NCBI GenBank assembly: GCA_965242725.1
Contig: CBDESZ010000005.1
Coordinates: forward strand, 1-64,000
Length of the DNA: 64,000 nucleotides
Reading direction: 5' to 3'
Source of the DNA: Alkalispirochaeta sp.
GTDB lineage: Bacteria > Spirochaetota > Spirochaetia > DSM-27196 > Alkalispirochaetaceae
Below the pieces are notes generated by a model that saw only the letters and a list, made by a program, of their open reading frames with translations, searched no databases and was not told where the DNA came from. The position numbers were made by a program, and so were the translations under genes. This document shows positions 49,159-58,095 of the stretch, piece after piece (position 1 is the first letter of the stretch; each line of letters begins with the position of its first letter).

Positions 49159-49187
49159 ACTATATAATTACTGGTATCAGAAGTCAA
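49159..49187 (-). promoter_or_regulatory. Sigma-70 promoter of the ThDP/aminotransferase/ABC/ALDH operon
   Basis: TTGACT-17-TATAGT. Confidence 0.7.
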
Positions 49188-49368
49188 CAGTGACGCTGCC
49201 TGACCGCATATTCCGGCGGTAAAATCGGTGAATTCCCTTATAAAATACAATATCTCCACATAATATAATAATTATTGATTCGGCGCCTAATGTTTCGTGA
49301 TTCTAACGGCCGTATATATAGCGGCAGTTGATTGACCTAAGTATCACGGACGGTTACCGTTGTCGGTC

Positions 49369-50202
49369 ATGGATTCGGTAGGTGTATCTGCTTCTACAAT
49401 TGTCCTTGCATTTGGATTGACCCTCCTGGCGGGCCTTTCCACGGGTATAGGAAGCATTGTCGCGTTCTTTTCGTCCGACGATGATCACCGTTTTCTATCC
49501 GGTGCGCTCGGTTTTTCCGCCGGGGTCATGTTGTACGTTTCCATGGTCGAGATTTTCGGTAAGGCCCAGGATTCACTCGCCCTGTCCGTGGGGGAACCTG
49601 CTGCGCTGCGTCTTGCGACGCTGGCATTCTTCACGGGAATCGCCGTTATTGCCTTCATCGACCGCCTGATTCCGACGCTGCAGAATCCTCATGAAGTTCG
49701 GGATGCCTCGGAAATGGAGCATGATGTTGACCAGGAGTTGCGGAAACGCCAGAGCCTCCTCCGCATGGGTCTTTTTTCGGCCCTGGCGATCGGCATCCAC
49801 AATTTTCCTGAAGGGTTCGCGACCTTTATCGCAACCCTTGAGGACCCGGCGCTCGGCGTGAGTATCGCCGTCGCAATCGCGATTCACAACATCCCCGAGG
49901 GGATCGCCGTCTCTGTCCCGATTTTTCACGCGACGGGAAGCAGAAAACGGGCGCTGGGCCTCTCGTTTCTCTCCGGCCTGGCTGAACCGATCGGGGCGGT
50001 GATCGGCTTTCTCATCCTCCGTTCCTTTATGAACGACCTTGTCTTCGGGCTGATTTTTGCCGCCGTGGCGGGCATCATGGTTTTTATCTCTCTCGATGAA
50101 CTTCTGCCGACGGCGGAGCATTATGGGGAGCACCACATAACCATTTATGGACTTATCGCGGGTATGGTGGTGATGGCCCTCAGTATCGTCCTCCTGGCAT
50201 GA
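49369..50202 (+). CDS. zupT: ZIP-family zinc transporter
   Basis: LGFSAGVMLYVS, IHNFPEG, IHNIPEG, SGLAEP, DELLP. Confidence 0.93.
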   Translation: MDSVGVSASTIVLAFGLTLLAGLSTGIGSIVAFFSSDDDHRFLSGALGFSAGVMLYVSMVEIFGKAQDSLALSVGEPAALRLATLAFFTGIAVIAFIDRLIPTLQNPHEVRDASEMEHDVDQELRKRQSLLRMGLFSALAIGIHNFPEGFATFIATLEDPALGVSIAVAIAIHNIPEGIAVSVPIFHATGSRKRALGLSFLSGLAEPIGAVIGFLILRSFMNDLVFGLIFAAVAGIMVFISLDELLPTAEHYGEHHITIYGLIAGMVVMALSIVLLA

Positions 50203-51278
50203 AGTACGACGTAATCCTCATAGGCGCCGGCCCCATCGGTATCGAAATGGCTGCGGTGCTGCGGCGCGCAGGTATTTCCTGTCTCCATGTGGAAAAGGGG
50301 GCGATCGCCTCCACCATTGCGAGGTGGCCTAGAAATACCCGCTTCTTTTCCAGTCCCGAATGGATCGCCGTCGCGGGGATCCCTATTCAGACGGCGGGCC
50401 AGGAAATCATCACGGGTGAGGACTATCTCGCCTATCTTCGACACGTTGTTGAAACTCTTGGTCTGGAGATTCACACCTACCAGGAGGTATTGTCCATCAC
50501 AGGCGGGAAGGATGATTTTACCGTATCGACGGAAGACAATACGGGCACGCGCCGGGAATACTTCGCGAGACGGATCATTCTTGCAACGGGAGATATGAAC
50601 TCTCCCCGGAAAATCGACATTCCCGGAGAAGATCTGTCTCATGTCACTCATTTGTGGACCGATCCCCACTACTATTTCCAGCGGGATCTCCTCATCGTGG
50701 GCGGCCGCAACTCAGCCGTTGAAGCGGCGATCCGCTGCTGGCGAGCGGGAGCGCGGGTCACGATAAGCTATCGCGGTGACAGCCTGGACGAGCGGCGGCT
50801 CATCTCGCGGCTGTGGCTCGAGGTGGACCTGCTCGTCCGCAATGGCCGGATCACCTTCCATCCCCGTACCGAACCGGTGGAAATCAAAAGAGGCGTAACC
50901 GTTCTTCGGCGTCTGGACGGTTACGCCGGCTCCGACCAAATGACCGTTCCCGCGGACTTTGTCTATCTCGCAACCGGTTTCACCATGGACCGGAGCCTCT
51001 ACGAACAGTGCGGAATCTCCATGGAGGGCGATGAACGTCGCCCCGTGGTCCAACCGGAGACGATGGAGAGCGACGTTCCCGGCGTCTATGTTGTCGGAAC
51101 GGCGCAGGGCGGCGATCAACGGGGATACAAGGTCTTTATTACGACGAGCCACGACCATTGTCTCAAGGCGGCGCGTGCAATCGCGTCTTCGTTGGGGATC
51201 GGTGCCGCCATTTCTGATAAGTGGGTCGGTAATCTCCCTTCCCGGGACTATCCCTTGACGAGCGGAGACGTTGAGTGA
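50199..51278 (+). CDS. YpdA-like FAD/NADPH oxidoreductase
   Basis: IGAGPIG, FFSSPEW, EDYLAY, IPGEDLSHV.H...PH.Y, GGRNSAVEAA; no CxxC. Confidence 0.78.
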   Translation: MKYDVILIGAGPIGIEMAAVLRRAGISCLHVEKGAIASTIARWPRNTRFFSSPEWIAVAGIPIQTAGQEIITGEDYLAYLRHVVETLGLEIHTYQEVLSITGGKDDFTVSTEDNTGTRREYFARRIILATGDMNSPRKIDIPGEDLSHVTHLWTDPHYYFQRDLLIVGGRNSAVEAAIRCWRAGARVTISYRGDSLDERRLISRLWLEVDLLVRNGRITFHPRTEPVEIKRGVTVLRRLDGYAGSDQMTVPADFVYLATGFTMDRSLYEQCGISMEGDERRPVVQPETMESDVPGVYVVGTAQGGDQRGYKVFITTSHDHCLKAARAIASSLGIGAAISDKWVGNLPSRDYPLTSGDVE

Positions 51279-51426
51279 TTTTTCCTGTATACACGATCGC
51301 GTTGCACATGGTGGGGTAATTACCTATTCCCGAGGGAATTGGCGTCATTCCGTGGGTCTTTTGTCTGTAAATGGTCACAGGGAATGGCTTTGGATAGCCC
51401 TCTGCAACAACGTTCTATATACCCAT

Positions 51427-51456
51427 AAAAAAAGCCGCCCATTTGGACGGCTTTTT
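51427..51456. terminator. Bidirectional terminator
   Basis: A7-GCCG..CGGC-T5 between convergent genes. Confidence 0.75.
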
Positions 51457-51472
51457 GAATAAACAACGGAAG

Positions 51473-51637
51473 CTACTCTTCCTCTACCTCGAACTCGTCT
51501 TTTTCCGCGCCACAGACGGGGCATACCCAGTCTTCCGGCAGATCTTCAAAGGCAGTTCCGGGGGGAACGTCGCTGTCCGGATCGCCCTCCGCCGGATCGT
51601 AGATGTACCCGCACATGTTGCATACGTATTTCTTCAT
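51473..51637 (-). CDS. Rubredoxin (54 aa, absent from the ORF track)
   Basis: Manual translation [54 protein letters not shown]. Confidence 0.96.
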   Translation of the reverse strand: MKKYVCNMCGYIYDPAEGDPDSDVPPGTAFEDLPEDWVCPVCGAEKDEFEVEEE

Positions 51638-51647
51638 TGTACTCTCC

Positions 51648-52325
51648 CTATGGCCACTGAACGTCGGTCAGCAGCGTCAATTTAGTTTTGCTTCTCTCGT
51701 CCGCAGGATTGATTTCCAACGCACGCTGAAAACATTTTATCGCTTCCGTGTTTTTGTGCAACCCATATTGGACGGTGCCAAGCATATAATGAACCTCGGC
51801 AAAGTCAGGCGTCTGTTTAACCAATTCCTGAAGAAGTTCCAGGGCTTCTTCGTATTCCTTCCGTTTGATTTTCAGCTGGGCGAGGTAAAAATTGGCGATC
51901 ATCGACTCGGGAGAAGCGGTGCGGAACTCCGCAAACGCCCGGGATGCGGCTTCGTCTTCACCGAGGAAAAATCGGATTAGACCGACGAAGTACCGCGCCA
52001 TGGCATGGGACTGGCTTCCCATGGAGACGACTTCCTCAAATGCGTGGAGGGCGCCCTTGAGGTCACCCATGCGATAGAGGCAGACGCCGAGTTTATAATA
52101 GACATTTCCCGTTGGTTTGATATCGATGGCTTCACGATAGCGCTCAACCGCGGTATCCAGGTTTCCCCGGGAGTAATCGATATTTCCCCGGAGGAGTTTT
52201 ATGAATACTTCGTTCGGATATTTCCCGTCGAGGTCCTGAAACGCCTTTTCCGCCTGATCCCATTCACCGGAAAGGTAGTACCCCATTGCGTCGATGTAGC
52301 CTGAATCCTGTTGATAACCCTGCAT
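51648..52325 (-). CDS. TPR repeat protein
   Basis: Tandem TPR helices (EVHYMLG..Y....[14 protein letters not shown]). Confidence 0.88.
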   Translation of the reverse strand: MQGYQQDSGYIDAMGYYLSGEWDQAEKAFQDLDGKYPNEVFIKLLRGNIDYSRGNLDTAVERYREAIDIKPTGNVYYKLGVCLYRMGDLKGALHAFEEVVSMGSQSHAMARYFVGLIRFFLGEDEAASRAFAEFRTASPESMIANFYLAQLKIKRKEYEEALELLQELVKQTPDFAEVHYMLGTVQYGLHKNTEAIKCFQRALEINPADERSKTKLTLLTDVQWP

Positions 52326-52444
52326 GATTTCCCCTTTCTGGATGCCCTTTCAGTGTACTAGCGGAATAGTACCGGATCAAGTGAGATTCTTCCAAAAGGC
52401 GCGGCGAAAGAATCTGGTAATTGTGCGCCGTCGAAAGCGGAAGG

Positions 52445-52774
52445 CTACTCCCGTTCAATCAGCAGTTTCGGGTACGGTTCTCCCTGGACGAGGTGGAGCC
52501 GGACGTGCTTGGGATTACCCATCCGTTCCAGCGCCTTGAGACTGAGTTCAACCGAGCCGACCTTGCATTCGTTTTTTTGATAGATATTGCCGTAGATCGG
52601 TTTCGCGTCACCCTGTTCTACCGTAGCGGGGCTGTGGTCGTAATAAAACTGCACCGTCGCATCGCTCATCATCAGGCCGAGATCAAATCCGTCGTTCGGA
52701 TTGATGACGATCTTCTTTTCCGGAAACGAAATGTCGGCAAGGACCTTCAGAAATGCGGTCTCTTTCACGTCCAT
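52445..52774 (-). CDS. Hypothetical protein
   Basis: SD AAGGAG; in operon context. Confidence 0.7.
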   Translation of the reverse strand: MDVKETAFLKVLADISFPEKKIVINPNDGFDLGLMMSDATVQFYYDHSPATVEQGDAKPIYGNIYQKNECKVGSVELSLKALERMGNPKHVRLHLVQGEPYPKLLIERE

Positions 52775-52796
52775 TTATACACTCCTTTTTTACCTG

Positions 52797-53621
52797 TCAC
52801 AGCATATTCATACTGCCCCGATACGAGGCGATGTCCAAAACCATCACCATTGCGCCCTCGGTCTTGTCCAGGTCGCCGGTGATATCTTCTATTCCGTTGA
52901 TCATGTCGTCGATATGTTCTTCAGGAACCATCGCGAGAATGGTCTTGCTGTGATGTTTGCTTTCGTTGAGAAACCCGATGAAATCCGCGAAGAGGGGCAC
53001 ATTGGAAATATACTGTCCCATCCCTGCCGACTCGATAATCGTTGCCCCTTCGATTCCCTCTTCGATGAAGAGCTCAAGAACACGGTACAGAAACTCCTCT
53101 ACATACAAATTGACGATCATGAGTTTCATGACCCGCTTCTGTCCGTTTTCCGGACGTTCCATGCGGGTATTTCTGAGAAAGGTCTCATAGAGCGCCGTCT
53201 CGGAACGGGCCGCGAGGAGCTCCTGTTTGAGGTTGGTGTGGCTCAGCGCGCGTGAAACGGCGGCGAGTATTTTCAGGTGGTCCGTCACCGCATCGGGAGG
53301 GCTGAGTATGACAAAAAAGAGTTTTACCTTCTTTTTGTCCAGCCCATCGAAATCGACTCCCCTTGGGCTGGAAACGATAAAGAGGAGAAAATCCTTCAGG
53401 CCGGCGATGCGGGCGTGGGGAATGGCCAGTTCGTTTCCAAAAGCGGTGGAGCCCTGTGCTTCCCGTTCCTGTATCGCCGTTCTGACCGATTCCGCGGAAA
53501 TACCCCGGGCGACGTCGGACGCGACGGCGAGCTCGGATATCCGGGCGATCATGTCGTCTTTGTTCTTTGCGGAAACGTTGACGCGACAACTCTGCTTGTC
53601 GAGGATTTCGTACAGTTCCAT
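52797..53621 (-). CDS. PTS EIIA (PtsN/Fru-type) domain fused to a PII-like domain
   Basis: REAQGSTAFGNELAIPHAR; C-terminal GIEGATIIESAGMG...KTILAMV...GAMVMVLDI. Confidence 0.82.
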   Translation of the reverse strand: MELYEILDKQSCRVNVSAKNKDDMIARISELAVASDVARGISAESVRTAIQEREAQGSTAFGNELAIPHARIAGLKDFLLFIVSSPRGVDFDGLDKKKVKLFFVILSPPDAVTDHLKILAAVSRALSHTNLKQELLAARSETALYETFLRNTRMERPENGQKRVMKLMIVNLYVEEFLYRVLELFIEEGIEGATIIESAGMGQYISNVPLFADFIGFLNESKHHSKTILAMVPEEHIDDMINGIEDITGDLDKTEGAMVMVLDIASYRGSMNML

Positions 53622-53623
53622 CG

Positions 53624-54886
53624 TTACGCCTCCCTCATGTCGTTTCCCTTGATGATGGCGTATCGGGACAGCGGTGGTCCGATCAGTTCATTCACAAAGA
53701 CGGACAGGAGAATGATATTTACCATCGTTCCGATTATCGGCTGATATCTCATGGGAAGCATCGCCATGGCGGGGGACGCTTCAATAAGGAGGACCAGACC
53801 TATTGCGACACCCGCCTGGGGTAACATGCAAATACCGAGATAGTCCCGGATCTCCCGTCTTGCGCCGGCCATCTTGCTGCCGGCCCACACCCCGCCGTAC
53901 TTGCCCGCCGCCCGGGCGAGGATATATACACCGCCGAGGAGGAGGATCTGGGGGTCCGTAAAGACTTCAGGTCTGAGCTCGGTACCGGCAATGACAAAAA
54001 AGAGCGCATATATCGGAGGGGAGAGGGGGCGAAGAATTCGGAATATCCTGTGATTGTCAGGTGAAAGATTGATGATGAACGCCCCCGCCGTCATGTTGGT
54101 GAGCAGCGGAGAAAGCTTGAAGACGATAGCCGTGGCGGTTGAAAGAAAGAGGATCCCCAGGGTGGTGATCAATATCTCATTCTGGTTTGGGCGTCGCCGC
54201 GCAATGAGGTGTATGGCAAATCCCACGATCGCGCCGAGGAGGAGGGAGAATCCCACTTCCGAAAAGGCGTGGAGGACGATGGACAGGGTGCCGTGGGAAG
54301 CCGTTGCCGCAGCACCCGCCGCCGCGGATGCCTCGGCGCCGAGAATACTCCCTGCAACGGCAAAAACGACACCAAAAAGGATCACCGCACCTGCATCGTC
54401 AAGCGCCACCACACCATAGAGATAGTCGATGAAGGTACCTTTTGCGCGGAGACTCTGGACGATCGCCACGGTGGCCGCCGGCGCGGTTGCGGAGGATATC
54501 GCCCCAAGGAGAAGGGCAAAGGGTGGAGGCATACGCAACAGTATAAGGGCGACGGAGACCACCCCGAAAGCGGCAAGAAGCTGAACGACGGTTATGATGA
54601 CTACCGCCTTCCCCATGCGTTTGAGCTTGACCCAGTAGAACTCACCGCCGATGGTGATGGCGATCAGGCCGAGGGCGACCTCGGTGACAAGGCTGAGTCC
54701 CTGATCCATGTGGTGAGGGATGAAACCGAGAAATGAATCTCCGACGAGCAGACCCGCTACGATATACCCCGTTATTTCCGGAAGTCGAATGACATTGGCA
54801 ATCTTTCCGATGAAGTATCCAAGCAGGAGAAGGATGCCGAGAGAGAAGAGCGCGTGCTGCCCGAGTATTTCCCGTAGTGCGTCCAC
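53624..54886 (-). CDS. Cation:proton antiporter (CPA2)
   Basis: LPEITGYIVAG, SATAPAAT, VVALDD, RAAGK, PQAGVAIGL. Confidence 0.9.
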   Translation of the reverse strand: MDALREILGQHALFSLGILLLLGYFIGKIANVIRLPEITGYIVAGLLVGDSFLGFIPHHMDQGLSLVTEVALGLIAITIGGEFYWVKLKRMGKAVVIITVVQLLAAFGVVSVALILLRMPPPFALLLGAISSATAPAATVAIVQSLRAKGTFIDYLYGVVALDDAGAVILFGVVFAVAGSILGAEASAAAGAAATASHGTLSIVLHAFSEVGFSLLLGAIVGFAIHLIARRRPNQNEILITTLGILFLSTATAIVFKLSPLLTNMTAGAFIINLSPDNHRIFRILRPLSPPIYALFFVIAGTELRPEVFTDPQILLLGGVYILARAAGKYGGVWAGSKMAGARREIRDYLGICMLPQAGVAIGLVLLIEASPAMAMLPMRYQPIIGTMVNIILLSVFVNELIGPPLSRYAIIKGNDMREA

Positions 54887-54962
54887 GACGAGACCACTAT
54901 AATACAAAGCCGATATGGTGTCTCCACCATATCGGCCTGAAGTGTCACGGCGGATCGCGGCG

Positions 54963-56162
54963 CTAACGCAACGCGTCCAGGGCGTCTTTCAGGCGCGTAA
55001 TTCCGCGTTCACACTCCTCGGTGGAACAGGAGTAGGCGATGCGGACGTGTCCTTCCCCGGCACTTCCGAAGACGCTACCGGCAACGGTGGCGATGCCGTG
55101 GTCAAAGAGCAGATAGTCGGCGATCTCCTTGGAACTCTTTCCGAACGAAGAAAGGTTGGGAAATGCGTAGAATGCGCCGTCCGGTACCGCCAGGGTAACG
55201 CCGGGTATCGAATTCAGTCCGTTGACGATGATTTCACGTCGTTTGCCGAACTCGGCGATGCGCTCGCTGATGAGAGACTGGTCCCCCGACAGTCCCGCCG
55301 CCGCGCCGTGCTGAATGAAGGTGTTGACGCAGACGGTGGTGTACTGGCGGATCTTGAGAATGTGCATCGTCAATTCCGGACTCGCAACGGTCCAGCCCAA
55401 TCGCCAGCCGTCCATGCTGTAGGTCTTGGAGAATCCGTTAATGACGACCGTTCGTTCCGCCATTCCTGGAACCGAATAAATGGACGGTGAAGTTTCACCC
55501 TGATCGCCAAAATAGATTCGATTGTAGATCTCGTCACTGATGACGATAAGGTTGTGCTTGATTGCGAGGTCGGCGATCGCCTTGAGGTTCTCCATCGACT
55601 CGGTGCACCCCGTGGGGTTTCCCGGTGAGGTCACACAGATCATCTTGGTTTTCGGCGTGATCTTCTTCGCGACGAGATCCGCTCTGAGGGAGAAATTGTC
55701 GGCTTCGCTGGTTTCCACCTCTACCGGCACGCCTCCTGCGAGGGAGACTGTGGATTTATAGTGGTGCCAGTTGGGGTTGGGAATGATGACCTCGTCACCG
55801 GGATTGATGAAGGCCATCATGGTAACCATGATTCCTTCATTGGCGCCGGCCATGACGATGACCTGTGATTCCGGATCAACATCCAGGCCGCTGTCCAGTT
55901 TTGCCCGCGCGGCGATGGCGTTGCGCAACGCCGGAACTCCCCGGTTGGGTGAGTAGTGCACGTCTCCCCGCTGCATCGATGCGGCGGCCGCATCCTTTAC
56001 GTGCTGGGGTGTGTCAAAATCGGTACGGCCGATTTGCCAGTGAATGACGTCCCGTCCTTCATCTTCAAGCTTTTTGACCGCATCAAAGACGCGGCGAATA
56101 CCTGAAAAAGGTACCTTGTCCAGGCGATCGGCGCCGCGATCGGCGGGTGTTTGGGTGCTCAT
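54963..56162 (-). CDS. PLP aminotransferase class I/II (AspAT-like)
   Basis: DFDTP, SPGNPTG, SDEIY, NGFSKTYSMDGWRLGW, GAFYAF. Confidence 0.93.
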   Translation of the reverse strand: MSTQTPADRGADRLDKVPFSGIRRVFDAVKKLEDEGRDVIHWQIGRTDFDTPQHVKDAAAASMQRGDVHYSPNRGVPALRNAIAARAKLDSGLDVDPESQVIVMAGANEGIMVTMMAFINPGDEVIIPNPNWHHYKSTVSLAGGVPVEVETSEADNFSLRADLVAKKITPKTKMICVTSPGNPTGCTESMENLKAIADLAIKHNLIVISDEIYNRIYFGDQGETSPSIYSVPGMAERTVVINGFSKTYSMDGWRLGWTVASPELTMHILKIRQYTTVCVNTFIQHGAAAGLSGDQSLISERIAEFGKRREIIVNGLNSIPGVTLAVPDGAFYAFPNLSSFGKSSKEIADYLLFDHGIATVAGSVFGSAGEGHVRIAYSCSTEECERGITRLKDALDALR

Positions 56163-56179
56163 GGGAACTCCTTTCTCCG

Positions 56180-57835
56180 TTATTTATGCTGTTTCAGAAT
56201 CAACCGGCCATAGTCCGACGGGTCAATGACCGCCTGAACAATCGTCGGTCCATCTGCCGCAAAGGCGGTGTCCAGTGCCTTTTCAAACTCCGCTGCATCG
56301 GTAGCCCGTATGACGGGCACGTCAAACATGGAGTCGGCGTACACCGGCGTATCTTCCTTATTATAAAGGGCTGTGCCGTAGGCGTCGAAACTCTTTTTCT
56401 GCTGTTTGAGGTTAATGAGTTCAAGACTGCGGTCGGAGAGCAGGACAAAGACTATACGCTTGCCGATCCGTTTTGCCGTCGCCATTTCACCGGCCATCAT
56501 GAGAAAACCACCGTCTCCGGTCACACACGCAACTTCCCGGTCCGGCTGGGCAACCTTGGCACCCAGTGCGGAGGGAACGCCAAAGCCCATTGAAGACCAG
56601 CCGTTGTCCATGATCTGGGTATATGTGGCGGGTGTGCGCCACATTTGACCGATCAGGTGAGTGTGGGCTCCGACGTCACATGTCATGATACCGTCTTCCG
56701 GCAACTTCTCCCGCAGTGCTTTGAGAACGGCGATCGGTCCGAAGACGGAGGGGTCCGGCTCAAAATGGGCGAATATTTCCTTCCTGTTCCGCTCGACCTC
56801 CGCCATGTCCCACGCGGACGCGATCGGCTTGAGATCCGCCAGACGTTGCAGGGCCGGTTTGATCGAACCGATGACGTTCAGAACGTCGGGATACACAGTT
56901 TCGTCGATGTCCGCGGGAACGACGTCGATGTTGACCAGTTTGACCGCAGGCATCCACGATTCAAAATTGAACTCGACGGGGTCGTAGCCCGCGGCGACGA
57001 CGAGATCCGCCTGCTTGTGGGTCTTTGCAACGTAGTTGCTCAATGCGTGAAAGAGGACGCCGCCATAGGAGGGGTGGTCCTCAGAGAGGATTCCCTTGGC
57101 CATGGGTGTCAGGACTACCGGAACGGAATGGCGTTCCGCGATCTCTTTGATGAGATCACCTGCGCCGGCGCGGACCGCACCGATTCCGACGGCAAGGACC
57201 GGTTTTTTTGCCGTCGCAAATGCCGCTTCCAGTTCTTTCAGTGCCGCCGCGCTTGGCTCCGGCGTCGGAACCGGTTTTGCCGCCGCCGTGTTTGAACCGG
57301 TCCCGGTGACGAGGGCGTCTTTCGTTCCCAGGTCTTCGGGTAACCCGATATGGACGGGACCGGGGCGTTCCGTCGTGGCTATTGCGTAGGCTCGGTCCAT
57401 CGTGGCATCCACGGAACCCGGCTCAAGGCGCATTGTCGCCTTGGTGATCGGTGTATATAACGTCTGCTGATCGATCGCCATTTGGACTGTCCGGCCCATC
57501 ATGTGTTTCGGCGGCTCAGAGGTAAATGCAAAAACCGGATTCCGGTTGAGAAATGCCGCGCCGACACCGGTGGACAGATTGGTGGAACCCGGGCCGATTG
57601 TCGCGTAACATGCTCCGGGAGCGCCGGTAAAATAGGAATATACCGACGCCATGAAACCGGCAGTTGCCTCATTGGATACGAGAACGAACTCCACGCCTCC
57701 GGTGCGCATCGCCTCCATATATGGCAGCCAGGAACCGCTGGGTGTGCCGAATACATGCCGTACTCCGTGTTCCCGCAGCCAGCGTACTAGTTCCGCCGCA
57801 ACTGTTCCCTTCAATGTATCTTCTCCAGAACTCAC
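56180..57835 (-). CDS. ThDP-dependent enzyme (acetolactate-synthase-like family)
   Basis: GVRHVFG, NEATAGFMA, GPGSTN, CDVGAH, SSMGFGVP, GDGGFLM. Confidence 0.9.
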   Translation of the reverse strand: MSSGEDTLKGTVAAELVRWLREHGVRHVFGTPSGSWLPYMEAMRTGGVEFVLVSNEATAGFMASVYSYFTGAPGACYATIGPGSTNLSTGVGAAFLNRNPVFAFTSEPPKHMMGRTVQMAIDQQTLYTPITKATMRLEPGSVDATMDRAYAIATTERPGPVHIGLPEDLGTKDALVTGTGSNTAAAKPVPTPEPSAAALKELEAAFATAKKPVLAVGIGAVRAGAGDLIKEIAERHSVPVVLTPMAKGILSEDHPSYGGVLFHALSNYVAKTHKQADLVVAAGYDPVEFNFESWMPAVKLVNIDVVPADIDETVYPDVLNVIGSIKPALQRLADLKPIASAWDMAEVERNRKEIFAHFEPDPSVFGPIAVLKALREKLPEDGIMTCDVGAHTHLIGQMWRTPATYTQIMDNGWSSMGFGVPSALGAKVAQPDREVACVTGDGGFLMMAGEMATAKRIGKRIVFVLLSDRSLELINLKQQKKSFDAYGTALYNKEDTPVYADSMFDVPVIRATDAAEFEKALDTAFAADGPTIVQAVIDPSDYGRLILKQHK

Positions 57836-58095
57836 TCTTATCCCCCTTTGTTTTCGGTGTTCCCGTACATTTGCGTATCGACACCAAAGGCTATTTCAAA
57901 TATTATACCTTATACACGATATATGATATGGATAAATGTATCATGCATGAACGGTATGGGCAACGGAAAAGTCGAATGACTTTTTCCTTGCGCGCTCCAA
58001 TTTTGCGTGATACGATCCGAAATATATCAAACACAATATCAAATGTATATTGTAGAACGATTACATTTTCCGCAGGAAAGTAGGAGAGGTGTGTT

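Noticed and set aside
49275..49342. DtxR/TroR-type metal operator upstream of zupT
   Set aside because: Only CCTAA half-sites; no convincing palindrome
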